Below, in pieces: positions 1 through 8,300 of a stretch of DNA of 64,000 nt; the stretch's first letter is position 1, and each line of letters opens with the position of its first letter. Where the stretch lies: the IMG/VR virus record IMGVR_UViG_3300032516_000014, positions 12,396-76,395 of that record, one strand, 5' to 3'. Position numbers and translations under genes: made by a program. The DNA is from a virus. Under the pieces are notes generated by a model that saw nothing but the letters and a program-made list of their open reading frames with translations, made no database searches and had not been told where the DNA came from.

Positions 1-9
1 ATCAGAAAG

Positions 10-124
10 TGGTGCCGCGAGCGGGAGTCGAACCCGCAGGACTGTTTGACTTGTCAGCTCGTTCACTGAGTCTATCCCGGAAGTGAACCTTCCAGAAAAT
101 CAAAGAGCCCGCGCCGGCCGCAGC
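10..124 (-). ncRNA. tRNA-like structured RNA (acceptor stem, T-arm and CCA; no D-arm; extended arm in place of the anticodon arm)
   Basis: Minus strand reads GCTGCGG...T GCGGG TTCGACT CCCGC TCGCGGC A CCA. The 7-bp acceptor has two G.U pairs, the T-loop is canonical, there is a 13/14-bp internal helix, and a sigma70 promoter lies just upstream. Confidence 0.65.
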
Positions 125-142
125 ATTCAAAGAACTGCGGAC

Positions 143-171
143 AAGCTACACCTGCACGCGGAAATTGTCAA
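143..171 (-). promoter_or_regulatory. sigma70-type promoter for the tRNA-like RNA
   Basis: TTGACA (171-166), 17 nt, TAGCTT (148-143). Predicted start near 136, about 12 nt before the acceptor stem. Confidence 0.7.
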
Positions 172-1112
172 ACAACTATTTTTCGGATCAAGCTCTCGTA
201 AAACGGAAGAGCGTTGTCTTCCCAGCGCCGGGGGTAGTTGAATTTGAAGAAGTCCCATTCGTAGTGCGTCTCGGGCCAGGTAACCCCAAACTGAAAAGAC
301 CGCCAGGGAAGAGCGAAAAGATCTTCATCAGAGATTGCGGGACGCTGAAAGATTTGCGTGAAGAGGTCCGCGCCGATCCGGGATATGAGCAACATCGTCG
401 GGTGAGAAATCAACCAAAAGAGTTTCTCCCGTCGCAGGTGTGCCCGGACAAAAGGTTCAATGGGGGTGTCGCACTGGGCGTCTTTCTGCGCCATGCGGTT
501 CATCGCTTCGGCGTGCCGGGTGGTAAACTGCGGGTCGAATTGCCCCTCGCGGAGGGCGCGCGCGATCTGATCGTGCGTTTGCCCGGCGCGTAGCAGCCGG
601 CGGACGTTCTCCAGGTCTTTTGGGATGTCGGTAACGGGAAAGATGCTGCTGAGAGAAGGCGCGTGCATGCGCAAGCGGCGCCCTGGGATCTCTGCGGCTA
701 CTTGACTGCCGAACTGCTCTAGGAAAGGTTGGTGCGCCGGCCACGCATTCGAGACATAAAAGTCGGTGTGTTGAAAGAACGCATGCACGAGCGGCTGCGC
801 GAGCAGGGTGGGGATGCGTTCGGGAAACTTCCAGCTCACGATGCCCCAGCAATTCATCTCCGGCGGGTTAGGGTAGAGTTCCTTCCAGTAGCGGAGCAAC
901 TGCCGCCCGTGGCAGGCGGTGTAAAGTCCGAGCGTGGGCCAGTTCGGGCGCCAGGGCTCTGACCACACGATTGAACGTGGATACCATTCGTCCGCCTGTG
1001 CGGGGGCGGTGAAGAATCGTATTTCTTCGGGGGTAGGCGCGCGAGCCAGCAGGGCAACGAAGACCTGGGTCACGCTCTCCGGGGTGGGGTGCTCGAAGTT
1101 CCAGATGCTCAC
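168..1112 (-). CDS. WcbI-like polysaccharide biosynthesis/modification protein
   Basis: KLFWLISHPT resembles the WcbI LFxTxNHP motif. The GTG start overlaps the upstream stop (GTGA). Confidence 0.5.
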   Translation of the reverse strand: MSIWNFEHPTPESVTQVFVALLARAPTPEEIRFFTAPAQADEWYPRSIVWSEPWRPNWPTLGLYTACHGRQLLRYWKELYPNPPEMNCWGIVSWKFPERIPTLLAQPLVHAFFQHTDFYVSNAWPAHQPFLEQFGSQVAAEIPGRRLRMHAPSLSSIFPVTDIPKDLENVRRLLRAGQTHDQIARALREGQFDPQFTTRHAEAMNRMAQKDAQCDTPIEPFVRAHLRREKLFWLISHPTMLLISRIGADLFTQIFQRPAISDEDLFALPWRSFQFGVTWPETHYEWDFFKFNYPRRWEDNALPFYESLIRKIVV

Positions 1113-1414
1113 GGGATCTCTTCCCTCACCGGGACGGTAGCCAGGTTGTATTTGTGCGCTGCCCAAAGCCGGTGGTGCCCGTCGCTCACAATTCGCCTGC
1201 CGTGGCGCCAGGTGATCAGGACTGGCGTGCGCACCCCGTATTGGCGCACCGAGGAGAGAAAGTGCCGCCAGGCTTCCGGGCAGGCTTGAAAGTGGCGCTG
1301 CTCGATGTAGGCAAAAACTTCCCCCCAGTTACCCTCGTGGCATCCGCGGTAATCCACGGGGGAAGTGGACGCCAGGATCTCTGCAAGTGGGCGGGTTTCA
1401 AAAAGCGTTTGCAC
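1109..1414 (-). CDS. ParB/Srx N-terminal-like domain protein
   Basis: SVRQYGVRTPVLI...IVSDGHHRLWAA matches the ParB/Srx DGHHR motif. Confidence 0.7.
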   Translation of the reverse strand: MQTLFETRPLAEILASTSPVDYRGCHEGNWGEVFAYIEQRHFQACPEAWRHFLSSVRQYGVRTPVLITWRHGRRIVSDGHHRLWAAHKYNLATVPVREEIP

Positions 1415-1417
1415 AAC

Positions 1418-1460
1418 AAAAACGCGCCAGGCAGGGCACCACCCCTGTTGGCCTGGCGCG
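1418..1460 (-). terminator. intrinsic terminator at the end of the virion operon
   Basis: GC-rich hairpin CGCGCCAGG...CCTGGCGCG followed by TTTTTGTT on the minus strand. Confidence 0.6.
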
Positions 1461-1484
1461 GCTCAATACGAACCGGCGGACCTG

Positions 1485-2171
1485 TCAAACAGCCGGCTTG
1501 AGCAAAGAATTTACCAGATTCCCATACCCCGGCTTTGGTCGGGAGGTCGGGGAGGTCGGGGCCAGGTTCTTCAGCCGGCTTGCCAACAGCGCGTTTTGCG
1601 CCCCGGCGGGCACTGGGCGGCCCGGCATCGGGGAGGGGGACAACGAGGCACCCCCCGGGGTTGCGGCTTGTTCTTGGCCTGGTTGCGCTCCAATGGCGGG
1701 GGTTTCTTCGTCTCCTGCCGCGGCGCTATCGCCGAGCAGCGTGGAGATCGGAACAGCCACCTCGGTCAGTTTCCCGGCCTTGTCGGCGTCCTTGATTTGC
1801 TGGCCCGGGATTTTCTCCGGGTTGAAAAGCGCGTAAGTCGTTCCATCTAAGGCGCGATAGAGGTTCAAACCGATCGACATCACGTCGTGCATGCGGGCAC
1901 CGATCTCCTGCACCACTGGGTTTTTCTCGTCCTCCGGTGTCGAGTAGGCTGCCGGCGGGGTGCCCGCAAAGATTGCCCGGACCGGCGGAAGATCCAGCAC
2001 GTTCTCGGGATTCGCGGTCGGGTTCACCTGGGCAACCGTGTCCTCTCCGTAAATCGGGGCGCGCTGGGCCTGGCTATTGGTAGGCACGAGTGCCTGCACC
2101 GCGGCATCGTTGATCTTCGAGCTCGGGGCGGGGGCGGTTGGGTCGAACAGATTAGGGCTTCCGGTGGGCAT
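1485..2171 (-). CDS. hypothetical Pro/Ala-rich protein, possibly virion-associated
   Basis: Co-oriented ORF after the polyvalent protein; ATG at 2171 (MPTGSPNL). Confidence 0.65.
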   Translation of the reverse strand: MPTGSPNLFDPTAPAPSSKINDAAVQALVPTNSQAQRAPIYGEDTVAQVNPTANPENVLDLPPVRAIFAGTPPAAYSTPEDEKNPVVQEIGARMHDVMSIGLNLYRALDGTTYALFNPEKIPGQQIKDADKAGKLTEVAVPISTLLGDSAAAGDEETPAIGAQPGQEQAATPGGASLSPSPMPGRPVPAGAQNALLASRLKNLAPTSPTSRPKPGYGNLVNSLLKPAV

Positions 2172-2352
2172 GGGGGCTTTCTTTCTTGGGACGCTTGTGA
2201 TCATGCGCAAGCACATCTTCGAGTTGTTCGCCAGTGCCGAAGGTGGCGACGGCGTGCTCCCGGAACAGCGCGAGCTGTTGGGGGGTCATGGATTTCTGGA
2301 TGTCTTCCCAGGTGATCCGCTTCCAGGTGCCGCGTTTCATAGGTTCGGGCAT
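2152..2352 (-). CDS. small hypothetical protein
   Basis: Starts 1 nt after the stop of the 2808-aa gene and fills the gap in the operon. Confidence 0.6.
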   Translation of the reverse strand: MPEPMKRGTWKRITWEDIQKSMTPQQLALFREHAVATFGTGEQLEDVLAHDHKRPKKESPHAHRKP

Positions 2353-2353
2353 A

Positions 2354-5300
2354 TCATTTCGGGCGAATCTCTGCCTTCTCGGCGGATTGCGTAGCGGGTT
2401 TCACGGCGCCGGCTAAACGCTGACGCCGTTCCCACTCGTCCACCAGCACGCGATGCCAGTTTTTATCAACCCGGCGAAACCGATCATCGGTCACTAGACG
2501 CTGTAACTCGGCGTCGGGCATCCCCTGCGACATCATCTTCTCATTCTGGCTCGCGCGCTTTGGCATAAAATTCGCCGAGTTAATATCGCCCAGGTCGAGG
2601 CCCAAGTCAAGGGGCTGTTCTGTCGGCGCGGCCCGGATCTCCAGCCGGCCAGTTTCCTCGTTTCGTTGCAGCTTTTTCAACGGCTCCTCGAAAGACGCCA
2701 GCTCTTCGCCGGCCCCCCGAGTCCACCCGCGCTCGCCCCACAGCTTCTTTTCCTGAAACCACATCAGGGCTTGCAGGTCGTCCGGCTGCATGTGCAACTC
2801 TTTTGCCGCCTTTGCAAATGCTTCCTGCGCGAACAAGAAGGCGGGATCGGTAATGCCGCCCTCGCTGCGGGGCAGCAATCGCCACGGAGATTTCGTCAGC
2901 CCGTCCCAGCCCAGGCGTTTCATCGTCCGGGAAGCCCACACGTCGATGGTCGCGCCGTGATCGGTGCCCGCCAGGTTTTTCGCAAACTGCTGCGTCTTGA
3001 GCCCCTGCACTTCCTCGGCCCAGGTGCCGGACAGCACCCGCAAAACCTGATCCGAGTTCTGGCCAAATTGTTTTTCGTTCTCGCGAACTAAGGAGAGCTC
3101 GCGGCTTTCGATCCACCACTCCTTCAGCGCAGCGTCGGAGGGCACGATGGTTGAGTTGTTCTCGCGCTGCCATTGCCGCAACAACCCGCCCGTTTCCAGC
3201 TTGGCATAAGCCTTCTTGTATGAAGCGATCGCGTCGTCGAACTTGCCTTCCTTCCAGAGGTTATACGCTTCGAGAGCATACTTGAAGTTTTGGGCCACGT
3301 CAGTTCTCGCGCTGGTGGCCGCGAGCAACTGGGCGAAAGAAGTAACCTCGGCGTCAGTCTTGAAGTGCTCTTTGATCAGCCGGACGGTTTCTTGATACCA
3401 GGACTTGCCGGCGAGCACGTCTGGGTCAGCAATTGCGCGCGCTTCTTCGGCAATCTTCTTGGCGAATGCAGTCGTCTGGGCATCTTGACGCGCTGACTCT
3501 CCGCGGATTCCTTTGGCAGCTTGCCGGGACAAAGGCGAATCGTCGAACGTGTATTTCACCATGTTCACGAGGGGCTTGCCTTTGGCGTTGATAATGTATT
3601 CGCCTTCGGGGGTTCGCTTGAACAGGACGGGCACTGACTCCGGGTGGAATTCAACACGTTCCTGCGTTACGCGCCGAGCGTAATCCCGAGCAAAGGCTTG
3701 CGGGTCCGTCTCCGTTACCTCGGCCCCGAACTCTGCTTGCTCCGCGTCGCCTTTCTTCGGCTTGGGCATGAACGCGGCTCGTTGCGCGCCAGTGTCAGAA
3801 ATGAGGGGGAGGTGATCCAACTTGTCGATGCCCTCATACTCCACCAGGTTTGCGGCGCCTCCATCGACAATCTTCATTTTGCCGTTGAGGATGTTGACCC
3901 GCATGTGGTCGATGTCGTCGAGGTTCTCGCGCACCAACTGGAAAATCTTGTCCTTCGCATCCGTGGTCCAGGCGTTCTCGGAAGCCTCGATCGCTAGCGT
4001 TCCGGTGCGAGGTTCGTAGCGAACGCGAATGAAGCCTTCTCGAATGGCCTTCTCTCGTTCAGCAATGTCGGGCACGTTTGCAAAGTCCGTGCCGTATTCC
4101 GCGTTGAGCTTAGCGCTATTACGGGCCAGCCAGTCCTCGTGCATGCTGCCCTGGATGGAGCGGAACTTTCCGTCGGGGTCGATCCACCCGGAGGTTTCCA
4201 GCTTCTCAGGTTCCTCCCGCCGGCCGCGCTTAGCCATCATTGCTGCTTCGGGCGGTTTGGGCAGCTCGGCTGGGATCGCGTTCTCTCCCTTCAACAACGC
4301 TTGCACCGCCTTCGCAATCTGCGCGGGAGAGGTCAGAACGGTTTTCCCAGTGCCGCCCACCGGGATTGAGTGTCCGTAAGGGTCCTTCTCCGTGGGCACC
4401 GTGTCATAAATCGCCTGCTGCTGGTTGAACTTCCCAAAAGCGATCGTGTTGTCCCGATGCTTCTGATCAGGCAGCGCATTCACGTCGATGCTTGTCTGCG
4501 TCGGGTCGTCCATCTTGAACACCCCCATAGCCGTCCCCGGAATTGCAAGCACGTCCTCGTATCGGTCGGCTACTTTTTGCACCGCCGCCGGAGTGAGTGC
4601 CTTCGTCAGCACGTTCTCGCTGGCCACGGTGACGATGTCCACTTTCTGATCTTTTCGATCCCACACCTTGCCGGCGCCGGTGAACGTCTGCCCAGAGCTG
4701 GTGCCCTCGCGAACCTTTGCAAGTTCGTCGGCGACTTCCTTCGATTTCTCAAACGCTTGCGGCATGAAGGCGCCGTGAAACTGCGCAACCCTTGACGAAG
4801 TGCGACTGGGCAAGTGGCCGGCGCGATAAAACTCTTTGATGTCGTTGATAATTACCGTTGGATTCGTGACGGCCGGATAAACCCGGCTATCACGTGCGTA
4901 ACCGTTTTGATCAACTAAATCAACAGCCACCTCCCCCCACTCATTTTTCAAACTCGGATCAGCGAAGAAACTTTCCAGCTTGCGATATTGTGCCTCAGAA
5001 GGTTCTTTGTTTGAGGAGATCTCCGCACCGGGTAACTCCGGCATGATTCGGATCGCGCCGGAATTGACAAACGCTGTCAGCCCGGATGTTTCACCGGAGT
5101 AACCCAATTTCCCAGCACCGGCTTTCTTCGATGCCGCCGCTATGAACGGGGTAAGCATGTTTTCTCCCACCGCTTCAGCAATCGAAGAGTGGTCGATCGT
5201 GCGTTTGTAATCTCCAGGCGGGGCATCGGGACCTTTGCCGGTGAAATCAAGCTGCGTGCCGTCGGGTAGTAGATAGCCGGTCTCCTTCCACTTCTCCGTG

Positions 5301-8300
5301 TCTCCGTATTCCCGCCAGGCGGCGCGATGCAAGCGTCGAGCGTATGTAGTCAGTAACTTGTCTTCGGACTCCTTGCGCTTGGCCATGAACGCACCTTCGG
5401 CCTTGCCGGTGGGTTCATCAACAATTTTCCATCCGAGACGATTAAGAGCGCTCTCGAAAACATCAGTCCCGACAGGAAGTGTTCCGCGGGGAACGCCGGG
5501 TAGAGGCTCCCACACAGTCACAACTCTTGTCAGAGCTCCAGTAGCAGGAGAATACCGGGGCTTGCCAACCGATGCCCGCACAAGTTGGTTGTCGGGACCC
5601 TGCAACAAAACGCTCACGTCTCCGGGTGTCGATTTCGGTATGTTCTTAAAAGACCAGCCGGATTTGTTTCTCCAAGCAGAGCGTTCCATTACTTCTGCTC
5701 CCGTTTCTTTTTGCCCGGGGATGTCCTCGGGTAAAATAGGCAGATCAGCCATTCCAGCGACTCGACTTTTCGTCATGAACGCACCTTCGGCCTTGCCGGG
5801 CGTCTTGTCAAGTTGCTGCGAGGCCCAGTCGTAGATCTCGCGCGCGAAATTCTCGTGGATCGCCGGGTCGGTGTGGAACGACTTCGCGAGCACGTTCTCA
5901 TCCACGTCGGCGGCAGAGGTCGTCTTCAACTCCTTCGACAACTCGCTGCCCTCATACACGGCCAGGTTGTAGATGTTCGCGTGGCTGATCACGTCTGAAT
6001 TCTTCCGGAGGAAGTCCATCGTGTGCGCATAGGTCGCCGCGGTCTCCCCCGGCAACCCGATCACGATGTTCGGAATGAACGCGATGCCCAGCCGGCGCAT
6101 CTGCTCGGTGGCGGCGTCGATCAACTTCTCGTTCGCCGGTTTGCGCTGACCTTTCAGCACGCTGTCGTTGTAGGACTCGACGCCCAGCTCGATGAACTTG
6201 ATGCCGCTCTTGCGCAGGAATTCGTCGCTGAAGGACTTCATTTGCGCCGCCGTCGTCTGAATCACGAAGCCCCCGAAGTCGGGATTCGCAGCCTTCATCT
6301 TGGCATAGAGCTCGGGCAGTCGCAAGTAACTGTCGTGATGGCCGAAGGTTTTGTCGTTGAGATAAGCCAGCGGCGCATTCAGATCGCCGAAGGCGTCCAC
6401 TTGCTGAGTCACTACCTCGGGCGGCGTCCCAACGACCTTTTTCGTGGTCGTGCAGAACTTGCACGCGTGCCGGCACCCCTGCGAGAGATCCAGCCGAGGA
6501 ACAACGGAAGAACCCCGATACAAGCGGTAGTCAAAGCCGCGTTTGTATTCCAGCCCAAGAGATCGAACGTATTCATCGATGGATTCATACCGGGTTGCGC
6601 GAGGGTTGCGCGAGGTGATCTCGCTGGTGTCCGTGTAGCCGCCCAGGACCGTGTGGCCTGGATTTGCGTCCGCGAGCTCCGCGACCTTCGACTTGTTCAC
6701 GTCGAGCACCGAGAAGGCCACGTCCTGGTAGCCCGCTGTGGCGAGAAAGCTCTTGGCTTCCGCCATGTCGCGCACCACGTAGAGATCCGCCGCCTCGCCA
6801 AGCGCGTGTGTCAACACTGCGTGCCACTGCGGGACTTCCCAGAAGTCGGGCAGTCGAGCATACCCCTTGCGCTGCGCATACAGCTTGTCGTAATATGCGG
6901 ATGCAGCAACATCCAAGGGATTTGGAGGTTTGTTCACGTCGGTTGGGGCATACATCATGTCCTTCGTGAACTGCATCAGCAACACCCGGTTGGAGTTGTC
7001 CGACGCTCCCGACTGGCGAACCCATAGGTTGCCCTTGCCCCGCTCGACCGCGTGCCCATACGTATCCGCAGGCTCCGTAATCTCGCTGCCGCGCGCCTTG
7101 GGCATGAACGCCGCCGGGGTGAGGCCGGCGGATTCCCCCGGAAGAGCGGGCCGGTCGGGGTTTGTCTCAGAGCTTCCGACCATGCCATCAGGAATGTCGA
7201 TCGGTCGCTGCGGAGTCGGCCCGAGTGGTTCAGTTGTCGCAGGGGCATCTTCTACCGTCCAACCCTTCTTGTTTAGCGAGGGCTCGTATGTGGTGCTACG
7301 CGCGGTGAAAGCACCGGGGAAAGATTCCTTGGGTGTGATCTGTCGCACCATACCCAGGCCCAGCACGGAGGCATCCTGGTCCCCGTCGTGCGTGGCTGCG
7401 ACTCGTTCCCCGTTCGGCCCCACCAGGGTTACGTCACGCTTCGGCATGAAGCCGGCGCGAGCCAGGTCCGTCGAAGGCATGCGCAGCAAAGACTCAGGCC
7501 GCGGCGTGAGACCGCGGATCTGCTCCAGACTGAGCTCTTGCGTGACTTCGTGCAACTGCCCTTTCGCGTCGAAGCCGGCGTCCACCAGCTCCGCCCGCAG
7601 GGGGTTGGTCTCCATGACCGGCACGTCTTCCGGGACGATGATGCCCTTCTTGGCAAGAGCTTCCTTCTTGAAGACCGGCGCGCCTTTCGCGGGGGTAAGC
7701 GGGCGCCCATGCGCCTCTGCAAGTATCTGTGCCGCCATTCCCGCGGGCATCGGCATACCCGAAGGTCCGGTTCGCTGGGCAACTCGGCCAGTTTTCGGCG
7801 GAGCGAGGCCCATCGAGGCGTTGATGAATTGCGCTTTCCGCGGATCAAGAAGGGTCGGCTTCCAGTTTGGATCTGGCGCCGGGATTACCCCTTGCCAGCC
7901 TGCGGGTGGGTGCATCGCCGTGCCGTCGCCGCCGTAGCCGTGAGCGTGATTGCGCAGGTAAGAGGTTACATCAGCCGCAAAGTCCCTAAATCCAGGCTCC
8001 GTGAAATGCCCGTCCGACCCTGTTTCATACGGCACAAGACCTGGTGCCTTCTTGCGAGCGGAAAACTCTCCAATCCGTAGCGCATTCGCGAGCAGGATGT
8101 CGAGGTTCATCGACAGCAGGTTTACGTTGTCTCCGCGAACCTTAACGCCATAGAATATCGCTTGATGTCGGAGCGTCCGCAAGAGTTCAACCGGATAGGT
8201 CCCGTCCGCCTTGCGCTGCAATTCGACTTCAAGACGCTCCGCCCTGCGGATGTATCTTGCCACGTTTTCACCAACCGTTTCGGGCCGGGCATAGTCGAGC

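Noticed and set aside
10-124. Canonical tRNA, tmRNA or simple att site
   Set aside because: No D-arm or 7-nt U33 anticodon loop, no G3.U70 or tag ORF, and no integrase in the window. An att origin cannot be fully excluded at the window edge.
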